From the NCBI GenBank assembly GCA_963675785.1, contig OY776562.1, forward strand, positions 1,792,001 through 1,856,000: a stretch of 64,000 nt of DNA. Direction: 5' to 3'. How positions within the stretch are numbered: position 1 is the first letter of the stretch; the number at the start of each line of letters is the position of its first letter. Positions 37,761 through 46,639 of the stretch are shown piece by piece. Origin of the DNA: Anaerolineae bacterium. GTDB taxonomy: Bacteria; Chloroflexota; Anaerolineae; UBA1429. The notes under the pieces are model-generated. The model ran no database searches. It had not been told where the DNA came from and saw nothing but the letters and a program-made list of their open reading frames with translations. Both the position numbers and the translations under genes were made by a program.

Positions 37761-38282
37761 ATGGAAACGATTATCAGCTCGCTGATCATTCTTATGCTGG
37801 TGGTCTTTTCAGTGAGTAGTTATTCCAGCGCGATCGTAGAAAGCCAGCAACTCAATGCTGATGGCTGGCAAGCAGCACAAGCACGTGCAGCCGAGCAGAA
37901 TTCAACCAGCATCACCTTTGCGGGCCAAGATGCAGGAACAGATTACATTGACGCGACTCTGCTGAACGATGGTGATACTAGCCTGGCTAACATGGACGAG
38001 TGGGACATATTCATCTCGGCATATAACCAGGCAGGATCTCTTGTTGTGACGTGGCTGCCATATGAGCAAGCCGACACTTTGGGAAATTGGTGGCAAGATT
38101 CAGGGATATACATGGACGCCGCAGGAGGCAGTCCTGAAGTTTATGAACCAAAAGTATTCAATCCCGGTGAAGAGCTGGTCATACGCATTTGGTTGCCTGG
38201 CGGTTTGCAATCTGATTCAGCAGTAATGCTCAACATCGTAACCGACAGCGGGGCCCAGGCCCGCACTATATTCACACAGTAG
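37761..38282 (+). CDS. arlF: Archaellum stator protein ArlF/FlaF
   Basis: N-terminal TM, TLLNDGDTSL, WDIFI, FNPGEELVI, IVTDSG; follows arlG. Confidence 0.8.
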   Translation: METIISSLIILMLVVFSVSSYSSAIVESQQLNADGWQAAQARAAEQNSTSITFAGQDAGTDYIDATLLNDGDTSLANMDEWDIFISAYNQAGSLVVTWLPYEQADTLGNWWQDSGIYMDAAGGSPEVYEPKVFNPGEELVIRIWLPGGLQSDSAVMLNIVTDSGAQARTIFTQ

Positions 38283-38289
38283 GGTAAAA

Positions 38290-38664
38290 ATGAAACAGAA
38301 TCATCCTTGCATTGTGCTTGTGGATGACGACCAGTGCCTGACCAGCATCCTGGAACTGGTTATGGCCAAAGAGGGCTACGACTTGGTCGTCGTTCATGAC
38401 GGCATTAATGGCCTCAAGAAAATCCGCGAATCCCATCCGGATCTGGCTATTCTGGATGCCATGCTGCCCGGACTGGACGGCCGGGATCTCTGCAGAATGC
38501 TGAAAGGTGATCCGAAGACAGCCAACATCCCGCTCATCATGTTCTCTTGTCTCATGGATCTCGATACTGTTGAGAACGATCTGCCAGCGGATGCTTTTAT
38601 CACCAAACCAGCTCCAGTTACACATCTCCTTGAAACGATTCGAGACAGCTTAGCGAGGGTTTGA
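38290..38664 (+). CDS. Single-domain (CheY-like) response regulator
   Basis: LVDDD, ILDAMLPGLDG (phospho-acceptor Asp), IMFS, ITKP. Confidence 0.92.
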   Translation: MKQNHPCIVLVDDDQCLTSILELVMAKEGYDLVVVHDGINGLKKIRESHPDLAILDAMLPGLDGRDLCRMLKGDPKTANIPLIMFSCLMDLDTVENDLPADAFITKPAPVTHLLETIRDSLARV

Positions 38665-38665
38665 C

Positions 38666-39730
38666 GTGCCCGCTCACATTCTGGTTATCGACAGCGATAA
38701 ACAAGCATTGACTGAAAGCATACGCCTGCTCCAGGGCTGTGACTTTGAGGTCACTTCTGCATCGGATTCACAGGTGGGCCTGGCTATGGTATCCACAAGC
38801 GAACCAGATCTGATCATGGTAGATGCGCTGTTGGAAGATCAGGGCTGCGAAGAGATAACACGGATGCTGCGGCTAGACCCAAAGACGCGAGACATTCCCA
38901 TCATTGCCACTATCCCAGCAGAACGCCTCAGCGATCTGATGATCGGCACCGATAGCTATTGGGATGAGTGGCTGCTCAAGCCGTTTACGCGAGAAGATGT
39001 GACTCTCAAGATTGAGCAGCTCATCAAGCCAAGCAGTCATTCGCGCAGAAATGGCGTCGTCTCTACAGGCAGCCACGAGCTGGACAGCAAAATGGGCGGC
39101 GGCATTCCCCTGGGATCCCTTACATTGATCGAAGGAACTTCAGGCGCAGGCAAGTCTGTTTTGGCCCAACAACTCATGTGGGGATCTCTCAAAGGAGGCT
39201 TTCGCCTGTCATCGTTTACTACCGAGAACGGCGTCAAAAGCCTAGTACAGCAAATGCGCAGCCTCAGTCTGGATATCACAGATTTCGTGCTGCTGCGCCG
39301 TCTGCGCATCATCCCCGTTGAAGTATCTGGCTTGGGGAAAAATGCCCCTACTGCCTTACTGGGAGCAATGAGATCTGAAACTGGGACCGACATTATCGTT
39401 GTAGATTCCCTAACGGCGCTTATCAACGGGTGCACCGACCCGCAGGTGCTTGGTTTTTTTGAAGGAGCCAAACGCATCTGTGCAAACGGCACAACAGTCT
39501 TGATCGTTCTGCACTCTTATGGTGTTACACAAGACCTGCTAACACGTCTCAGATCCCTATGTGATGCTCACTTACGCTTGAGCACAGAAGAAATGGGCCA
39601 AAAGCTGGTTCACATGCTCGAAGTAACCAAAGTTCGCGGCGCAGATCGCACCACGGGCAATATCGTCAGCTTTGATGTAGAGCCTGGATGGGGCATGCGC
39701 CTCATTCCTGTTAATAAAGTCAAGGGATAG
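38666..39730 (+). CDS. arlH: Receiver domain-ArlH/FlaH (KaiC/RecA-like ATPase) fusion
   Basis: aa 1-120 REC (VIDSD, IMVD, LLKPF); then STGSHELDSKMGGGIPLGSLTLIEGTSGAGKS (Walker A), FTTE, IIVVDSLT (Walker B), RSLCDAHL, KVRGA, FDVEPGWG. Confidence 0.92.
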   Translation: MPAHILVIDSDKQALTESIRLLQGCDFEVTSASDSQVGLAMVSTSEPDLIMVDALLEDQGCEEITRMLRLDPKTRDIPIIATIPAERLSDLMIGTDSYWDEWLLKPFTREDVTLKIEQLIKPSSHSRRNGVVSTGSHELDSKMGGGIPLGSLTLIEGTSGAGKSVLAQQLMWGSLKGGFRLSSFTTENGVKSLVQQMRSLSLDITDFVLLRRLRIIPVEVSGLGKNAPTALLGAMRSETGTDIIVVDSLTALINGCTDPQVLGFFEGAKRICANGTTVLIVLHSYGVTQDLLTRLRSLCDAHLRLSTEEMGQKLVHMLEVTKVRGADRTTGNIVSFDVEPGWGMRLIPVNKVKG

Positions 39731-39733
39731 TTA

Positions 39734-41413
39734 ATGGCTGGACGCGATTTACCCTTTTTGCATGTTATGACCAATCAAGGCTCACCACTTGTTCAAATCG
39801 CGGGCATGAGCCCGGAGCTTGAAGAGCAAATAGCCCTGCATCCTTTTCTGGGCGACTATTTATCCCAGGTGCCTATAGAGGAGATCGGGGTACCTGAATA
39901 CTATGAGCAGGTTAGTCGTTCTCTGGGGAAAACGTCCTATCACAATTTCATCTACCCCACTGATGATGGATTATTCGTACACATTTATCCGAATCCTCTG
40001 GGAGGACGCGATTATTGGGTTCCTATAGAACCAGACCTGACACTTGATCTGACAGGGGTTACTGAAGATCTGGAAGCGTTATTGGTGGATTATGCCGAAG
40101 ATATTGGCATGGCCGAAGACCCGGATGAAAAGAAAGCCCTGCTTTTGCAGGCTGTTGATGAGATATGCACGCTGAATCCTACCGAAGCTGAATACCGCTT
40201 GTTGGTAACAGAGCGAGAGCTTGAAGGTCTCAAATATCACGTCGTACGTGACAAGATTGGTTTGGGAACTCTGCAACCCCTCATCTCTGACCCATATATT
40301 GAAGATATTAGCTGCAGCGGCATTGGTCCGGTGTTTGTAGAACACAAGGTCTTTAAGAGCCTACAGTCGTCCATTACCTTTGAAACGATGGATGAACTCG
40401 ACGACTTTGTAGTGTGGTTGGGAGAGTGCATCAAACGGCCCGTTACTGTGCGTAACCCCATTGTGGACGCTGTACTGCCAGACGGCTCTCGTATCAATAT
40501 CGTGTATGGACGTGAGATTGCTACACGAGGCAGTAACTTTACCATCAGAAAATTCTCGGATACGCCGATCAGCATTCTGGAATTGATCGACTTTGGCACG
40601 CTCAACTATGACATGGCCGCCTACCTCTCGCTCATTCTGGAGGAAGGTTTGAACATGTTTGTCGTCGGCGCTACGGCCTCTGGCAAAACCACTACGCTCA
40701 ACGCGCTGACCACATTCATTCTGCCTGATGCCAAAGTCGTCACCATCGAAGATACGCCCGAAGTCAAAATCCCACATGGAAACTGGTGCCGAGAAGTTAC
40801 GCGAGCATCGGGCAATGGCGATACAAAAGCCGCTGGCGTCGATATGTTCGAATTGCTCAGAGCAGCCCTACGACAACGCCCCGACCGTATCATCGTCGGC
40901 GAGATCCGTGGCGCAGAAGGGGCAACCGCCTTTCAGGCCATGCAGACTGGCCACGGTGTCATGGCAACCTTTCACGCCTCATCAGTCATCAAACTGGTAC
41001 AGCGTTTGACGGGTAGCCCCATCAATATTCCCAAAACATATATGGATAACCTGCATGTAGCCCTTATTCAGAGCGCAGTGCGAGGACCAGACGGCCGTAT
41101 GGCCAGGCGCGTAACAAGCATCAACGAGATCCTGGGGTACGATCCGGTCTCTGAAAGTTTTTCGTTCATTGAGGTTTTCCGCTGGAACTCGGCCAACGAT
41201 ACATTCGAGTTTCCCGGGAACATGAACAGCTTTTTACTTGAGGATGTCATTGCCCTCAAGCGCGGCTTGCCGCCCAACCGCCGTAAAGAAATCTATGACG
41301 AGATTCGCAAACGAGCGAGGATTTTCAGACGCCTTCACGAAGATAGAGGTATAAGTTCCTTTGACGACTTTTTCCGTGTCCTCTCAGAAGCACACCGACA
41401 AGGTCTCCTCTGA
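39734..41413 (+). CDS. arlI: Archaellum assembly/motor ATPase ArlI/FlaI
   Basis: DPYIEDISCSG, LPDGSRINIVYG, FTIRKF, GATASGKTT (Walker A), IEDTPE, LRQRPDRIIVGEIRG, AFQAMQTGH. Confidence 0.95.
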   Translation: MAGRDLPFLHVMTNQGSPLVQIAGMSPELEEQIALHPFLGDYLSQVPIEEIGVPEYYEQVSRSLGKTSYHNFIYPTDDGLFVHIYPNPLGGRDYWVPIEPDLTLDLTGVTEDLEALLVDYAEDIGMAEDPDEKKALLLQAVDEICTLNPTEAEYRLLVTERELEGLKYHVVRDKIGLGTLQPLISDPYIEDISCSGIGPVFVEHKVFKSLQSSITFETMDELDDFVVWLGECIKRPVTVRNPIVDAVLPDGSRINIVYGREIATRGSNFTIRKFSDTPISILELIDFGTLNYDMAAYLSLILEEGLNMFVVGATASGKTTTLNALTTFILPDAKVVTIEDTPEVKIPHGNWCREVTRASGNGDTKAAGVDMFELLRAALRQRPDRIIVGEIRGAEGATAFQAMQTGHGVMATFHASSVIKLVQRLTGSPINIPKTYMDNLHVALIQSAVRGPDGRMARRVTSINEILGYDPVSESFSFIEVFRWNSANDTFEFPGNMNSFLLEDVIALKRGLPPNRRKEIYDEIRKRARIFRRLHEDRGISSFDDFFRVLSEAHRQGLL

Positions 41414-42887
41414 AGCAGAGGAGATACATGCGGCACAAAACGAGAGCTACTCTGCTTTTCAGTTCTACTACCAGCTGATTTACATGTCGGCTGTCGCAGC
41501 GGCGGGGCTTTCGCGCAACCAGGTGTTTGACCTGGGAGCCAAGCTTAATTGTGTGGTAGCACCCTATTTTGCCGACGTTCAAACCCTGGTAAGTAGTCTG
41601 CATTATGACTACCCACGGGCCTGCCGTGTGGTAGGTGGCCGCTGCAAAGAGACTGACGTTGCCAGTTTTTTGCTGCGCCTTTCCGATGCACTAGAAGCTG
41701 GGGAGAGCCTTCCGGGATTTCTAACTCACGAGGCTGGAGTGCAACGCAATGTTTATGTGAACGAATATGAGCGCAATCTGGATTCGATGCGAAAATGGAC
41801 CGACGCTTATGCATCGCTCATCGTTTCCATGGCGTTGATTGTGATCATCAATCTCGTTTCAACCATGATCTACGATATGGGCAATACTTTGATGATGCTC
41901 TTTGTAGGTACAGCCTGCCTGTTCAGTGCAGGCGGCGCCTGGGTAGTTACCCGTTCAACACCGCGAGAAAGACTAGCTCTTTGTGAAGGCCCCGGCTCGG
42001 AGGAACAGCAACGTATTCGACAAATGGGCACGATCGCACTTCCCATAGCGCTGGTAGGCTCGCTGATACTGGGGTTAATTCATGCTGGATGGGGTTGGGT
42101 AATGATTTTTACAGCATTGGTAACAGCTGTACCCGGCCTATTGGCATGGCAGTCAGAATCCCGCCGCATCCGCAAAGAAAAAGAATTCTCAGCCTTTATG
42201 CGATCGCTGGGAAGCATGGCCAGCTCCACAGGAACCACAGTCTCTGAAGCTCTGACACGCATGGATCTCAACTCGTTTCCAACACTGGCTCCTGACGTGC
42301 TTAGGCTATCGAGTCGTTTGAAGGCACGTATTGCGCCCCAGGTATGCTGGAATCATCTTGTTCAGGAGACAGGAAGCCAGCTCATCAATTATGGTGTGCG
42401 CGTATTTGTCGATGCGGTGATTCTGGGCGGGGACCCAAAAGAAACCAGTACACTCTGTTCGCAATTCATCTCGCAGACAACCATGCTTCGTGAAAAACGT
42501 GCTGCTATTTCTTCTTCGTTTAGCGGTTTGGCCATCATCATGCATGCCATTTTGGCAGTTTTACTGCTGCTCATTTTAAACATCGTGCTCAGTTTCAGAA
42601 GTCTTGTTTCCAGTTACATGGATGAGAATCTGTCAGCAGACATGATCAGCTCTATCAACATCCCTTTGATGAGCTTTGACGGCTCTCAGCTTGCTCTGGT
42701 ATCCACACTGACCATCGGAATGACGCTTTTTCTGGTGTTTGTCGATGCAGGTGCGCTTATTGGGACGGATGGCGGATTCAAGCCCAAAGCACTCGCCTAC
42801 TATGCTGTGGTCGCTGCATTAACAGGTATATGTTTCTTTGTTATTCCGCCAATGATTCAGTCCGTCATGTTGCAGGCAATTGCCTAG
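41361..42887 (+). CDS. arlJ: Archaellum membrane platform protein ArlJ/FlaJ; start uncertain
   Basis: Two T2SS-F-like repeats: YQLIYMSAV..LLRLSDALEAGE..W.DAY.SL and FSAFMRSLG..L..R...I..CW....ETGS.LI..GGDP; multiple TM segments; follows arlI. Confidence 0.92.
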   Translation: MTTFSVSSQKHTDKVSSEAEEIHAAQNESYSAFQFYYQLIYMSAVAAAGLSRNQVFDLGAKLNCVVAPYFADVQTLVSSLHYDYPRACRVVGGRCKETDVASFLLRLSDALEAGESLPGFLTHEAGVQRNVYVNEYERNLDSMRKWTDAYASLIVSMALIVIINLVSTMIYDMGNTLMMLFVGTACLFSAGGAWVVTRSTPRERLALCEGPGSEEQQRIRQMGTIALPIALVGSLILGLIHAGWGWVMIFTALVTAVPGLLAWQSESRRIRKEKEFSAFMRSLGSMASSTGTTVSEALTRMDLNSFPTLAPDVLRLSSRLKARIAPQVCWNHLVQETGSQLINYGVRVFVDAVILGGDPKETSTLCSQFISQTTMLREKRAAISSSFSGLAIIMHAILAVLLLLILNIVLSFRSLVSSYMDENLSADMISSINIPLMSFDGSQLALVSTLTIGMTLFLVFVDAGALIGTDGGFKPKALAYYAVVAALTGICFFVIPPMIQSVMLQAIA

Positions 42888-42895
42888 GGGGCACA

Positions 42896-44014
42896 ATGAT
42901 CATTCAGTCTCTCAAAAAGCAATGGTTCATCATACTGCTCGGCTTGATCCTTACACTGATTCCAACACGTATCGCGTTGGGGCAGACACCCAATCACGAA
43001 TCAGCACTAGTAAGTGGTGATACACTTGAAGTGCTTACAGATGTGGTACAGGCTTATCAGACCGACGGTGATTTGCTTGAGGCCATGCGTTCGCTGGATA
43101 CCTGGGACACGGATGTGCTCCTTGTAGCCATTGGAGCACTTGAAAATGACGAGTCTGATGCCAAGCTTGCCGAAACAGCAGCCACTCTGCATAAAGAGCT
43201 TTTGCTTCCGGACGATACAATCCAGATTGGCGATCTCTTGAAAAAAACACCAATCACTCTGGTTCTGGCTCTATCTATTGGGCTCCTTGCCGTCGGAAGC
43301 ATACTGCTCATGCTGCCACAAAAGGTCGTATCACATGCGGTATTACATGCTGATGCCTTTACTCAGAGGGTCAGCGAAGCCAGAACCGATCTTAAGACTG
43401 CTGCCAACAATCCTCAAAATGACTCTGAAGATAACCTCGATGACCTAATCGGCAGCATTGCAGAGATAGGCGAAAGCGTAGATAATGACAAAGGTTTGCT
43501 CTCTGAAACGGCCAGTGGTTCAATCAAACCTGAAAGCGAGAACCAAGAACCCACTGAAAATGAGGCCGACGAAAGCAGCTCCCGTGCTGTAACCACTGTC
43601 AAGCTTGATGCTGAGCAAGCCCCACACGTTGTCCAAGCGGACAAAGTGGGTAAGACGGAACAGACCAGTGAGATCAAGCCCTCGGCGACGCCGGAAACTG
43701 TGCCCGCGACTCCATCTCAACAGCTCCAGAGCCAGGATTCGGGGGCAGCCGACGCTGCTGCAAGTGCAGGGAGCAGCCAACAGGGGATCGCTAGCAGTAC
43801 AAGTGCACCCGAAGTAGCTCCCCAGGAGCCTTCTGCAAAAGACAATGTTGCAGCGTTGCTCGAGGACGTATTCTCGGATGATGAACAAGGGTCAGAAGAT
43901 CTCAAGATACTCGATGAAGGATTGGAAGACATCGAGATGACCCAGATGATCAAGACTATGCTCGAACTTAGCCGGCGACTAAGAGAACTCAACAGAGCAG
44001 AGCAATCTGTTTGA
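42896..44014 (+). CDS. Membrane protein with long acidic disordered region and helical C-terminus (ArlX-like accessory candidate)
   Basis: Signal-like N-terminus, second hydrophobic segment near aa 120-140, Ser/Glu/Ala-rich linker, C-terminal LLEDVFSDDE..LKILDEGLEDIEM..L.EL..RL helix; 8 bp after arlJ. Confidence 0.6.
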   Translation: MIIQSLKKQWFIILLGLILTLIPTRIALGQTPNHESALVSGDTLEVLTDVVQAYQTDGDLLEAMRSLDTWDTDVLLVAIGALENDESDAKLAETAATLHKELLLPDDTIQIGDLLKKTPITLVLALSIGLLAVGSILLMLPQKVVSHAVLHADAFTQRVSEARTDLKTAANNPQNDSEDNLDDLIGSIAEIGESVDNDKGLLSETASGSIKPESENQEPTENEADESSSRAVTTVKLDAEQAPHVVQADKVGKTEQTSEIKPSATPETVPATPSQQLQSQDSGAADAAASAGSSQQGIASSTSAPEVAPQEPSAKDNVAALLEDVFSDDEQGSEDLKILDEGLEDIEMTQMIKTMLELSRRLRELNRAEQSV

Positions 44015-44024
44015 TAGGAGCCAC

Positions 44025-45611
44025 ATGCCAGCCAGAAGTGGTAGCGGCCAACCCCAGATTAAGAATTCACCCACGCGATCGAAAAAAGAGCGCGCGGGTC
44101 TCTTGTTGATTCTGGCCGGGCTTGTTGTGCTGGCATTGCCGTTCTACCTTGTTTACAATACATTATCGGGGCGTGAACAAGAAGCAGCCATAGAGATTGA
44201 GACACTGGCAACAGCTTTGAACGCTACTGCCACACCCGATTCGCAAATAGAAACCCTTGAGGCTCAGCTGGAAGTTGCACAAGCAAATCGTGATGCTCTC
44301 ATTACAATTACCAATGAGCTGAATGCGCAAACGGATGCCTGGCCGGAAATTCTGAACGCCCTGGCCAATTATGATGCGACGCAGCTGCGCCTTGAGGAAA
44401 TCAGTCAATCCGAATCGCAAATCGTTCTACAGGGCTCTGCCGTAAATGATCAAGTTGTTATGGACTATACCCAGAACCTGCAAGACTCGTCTTGTTTTGA
44501 GCGTGTGGTCATACAATCGATACAGGTTGTAGAAAAAGCTTTCGTCCAAGAAGCTGCCTCGACGGCTACACCGGCAGTAGTTAACAGATCTACCGCAACA
44601 AGTACACCCGTGGCCACAACCACAACCACCGCCACTGTCCTCCCTGAGGGCGATGCCTACGAGCAAGATGATACGACGCCTAATGATATTTATCCCGATA
44701 AAGCCCAAGAGCATACGTTTTATCCACCTTATGACGTCGACCTTGTGCAATTCCTGGCAAAATCAGGACGTTATTACCGCGTCTATACAACCGATCTGGA
44801 ACCCGGCGTAGATACCAGTCTCACCATTACGCTGGGAGATCAGATTTATGTCAATGATGACCGCAGCAACGGAGATCTGAGCTCAGAGCTCGTCATTGCT
44901 GTCCCAGCGGGTACGGATGTGGAAGCGCTCGTCCAGATAACGAACAGAGGACAGTACGGGACTACCCAAAGCTATGTCATCGTCGTCGAAGAGATTTTGG
45001 CGAGCACCAGCACGCCCACACCAGAGACGACAGCGACACCGCAGGCCACAGCCACTCCGGCCAGCGCTGCCACAGCGCGACCAACTTATGGACTCGAAGA
45101 TGTGTATGAGCCAGATGATTATGATGCCGCTGAATTGGTCGTTGGGCAATCACAAATTCGCACTTTTTCACCGGAAAAAGACATCGATCAGGTTGTATTC
45201 CAGGCGCTTCCCTCTCACCGTTATGAGATAGCAACATCCTGGTTATATCCGGATGTAGATACCAGCCTGGTTGTATATGTTGGTGAAGTAGCATACACAA
45301 ACGACGACTGCAGCAATGGGGAAGCTAGATCCTGCATCACCATAGATATACCGGCAGGAGAAACCACTCTTGTTACAGTAAAAGTCACCAACAACGGCAC
45401 ATTTGGCCCTGGGCAGCTTTACACACTGGGTGTGACAGATATGGGCATCTATAACACATCGATGAACAATCGCGAAGCACGCAAGTCCGATGTCGAGCAA
45501 GTGCACTTTGTGCAAACAGCTACATCCGCGTCGCACAAGCTCAAACCAGCCAGTGAAACCACCACGTCAGTGCAATTCTCCATTTTGCTCATTATTGAGG
45601 AATCCGAGTGA
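44025..45611 (+). CDS. PilN-like protein with two inserted PPC-like beta-sandwich repeats
   Basis: TM, coiled coil, WPEILNAL..LRLEEISQ..IVLQGSA..V..Y...L..S..FERVVIQSI (PilN core); repeats starting DAYEQDD and DVYEPDD, both containing VDTSL..NDD. Confidence 0.75.
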   Translation: MPARSGSGQPQIKNSPTRSKKERAGLLLILAGLVVLALPFYLVYNTLSGREQEAAIEIETLATALNATATPDSQIETLEAQLEVAQANRDALITITNELNAQTDAWPEILNALANYDATQLRLEEISQSESQIVLQGSAVNDQVVMDYTQNLQDSSCFERVVIQSIQVVEKAFVQEAASTATPAVVNRSTATSTPVATTTTTATVLPEGDAYEQDDTTPNDIYPDKAQEHTFYPPYDVDLVQFLAKSGRYYRVYTTDLEPGVDTSLTITLGDQIYVNDDRSNGDLSSELVIAVPAGTDVEALVQITNRGQYGTTQSYVIVVEEILASTSTPTPETTATPQATATPASAATARPTYGLEDVYEPDDYDAAELVVGQSQIRTFSPEKDIDQVVFQALPSHRYEIATSWLYPDVDTSLVVYVGEVAYTNDDCSNGEARSCITIDIPAGETTLVTVKVTNNGTFGPGQLYTLGVTDMGIYNTSMNNREARKSDVEQVHFVQTATSASHKLKPASETTTSVQFSILLIIEESE

Positions 45612-46519
45612 AGCGCAAGAAACGCTGGATAGACACCATTCCGTGGGCCAATATACGCTACAGTCTGCCCACCATGGCCATAGCCTTGTTGGCTATGGGC
45701 TATCTTATAGCTGCCATGATGATTCTTTTGCCGCAATGGCAATCAGTCAATAGTTTGATTGCGGAGATCAATCAGGATCGCGATGAACTCTTGAGCATTC
45801 GCCGTAATGCGCTCGAGTTGCCGGGCAAATTGGATGACGAAATCTCTGCAGCCAAGGCACAACTGGATACATTGCGCCAAAGCCTGATGGACCGAGACAC
45901 CGCTGCTGCTCTTCTCGACCAGCTTTATGTGATCTCTTTGGGGAACGATGCTCAAATCGTTGATCTGCAAAGCCAGCCATCGCCTGAAGTAAATAAAGAA
46001 GCCATGTATGACATCAGCAGTTTCAAGGTCAATGTACAGGGCAACGTCAAAGACATTCTGGCGTTCTTGAGGCAAGTTGAGGCTATCAGTGCTGGCACCG
46101 CGACACAGATCGGCGAATTTGAAATAGCCTCTACGGATGAAACCGATCTATCGCTGCTCTCATTTACCATGACGCTCTATACACGCACCGATCAGACAGA
46201 GATGACACCTTTGGTATCAAATGTATCAGAAGATACCGAACAGGATACGGAAGACACAGAGCTTTTGGAGAAACCAGAGGATTGGCCATCCGATTGGTCC
46301 TGGCCACCCAGCTCTCCGCTTTTGGATGACCAAACCGAGACAACGTCGATAGCAATCCCTCAAAGCTATATCAGCCACACCATCGCTGAGGGAGAGACCT
46401 TGTTGGGTATCGCCCTACAATACGGCGTATCTGCCGAGGTGATTTCACAACTGAACGGGCTCGACGTCCGTGCATTTGTCATTGGGGATACCCTACAGAT
46501 CCCTGTCTACGCCCAATAG
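45608..46519 (+). CDS. PilO/GspM-like protein with C-terminal LysM domain
   Basis: TM plus LPQW, coiled coil, FKVNVQGNVKDILAFLRQVE (PilO-like), C-terminal HTIAEGETLLGIALQYGVS..I.QLNGL....IGDTLQIP LysM; GTGA overlap with the upstream gene. Confidence 0.8.
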   Translation: MKRKKRWIDTIPWANIRYSLPTMAIALLAMGYLIAAMMILLPQWQSVNSLIAEINQDRDELLSIRRNALELPGKLDDEISAAKAQLDTLRQSLMDRDTAAALLDQLYVISLGNDAQIVDLQSQPSPEVNKEAMYDISSFKVNVQGNVKDILAFLRQVEAISAGTATQIGEFEIASTDETDLSLLSFTMTLYTRTDQTEMTPLVSNVSEDTEQDTEDTELLEKPEDWPSDWSWPPSSPLLDDQTETTSIAIPQSYISHTIAEGETLLGIALQYGVSAEVISQLNGLDVRAFVIGDTLQIPVYAQ

Positions 46520-46639
46520 ACCTCAGCATTACTTGCCCACTCTCACCCTCTATATAGCACTTGCTCACAGTTGCCTTTTCGTGCATAGTGCTGATGTTAT
46601 GCTTTACGGTCCCATATGTACGAATATTTGGAGGATGAT

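Noticed and set aside
39734-42887. Tad/Flp pilus or T2SS interpretation of the ATPase and platform genes
   Set aside because: The ~190-aa archaellin, ArlF/ArlG and ArlH, plus a single fused ArlJ-type platform, fit an archaellum; no short Flp pilin, CpaB or secretin is seen.
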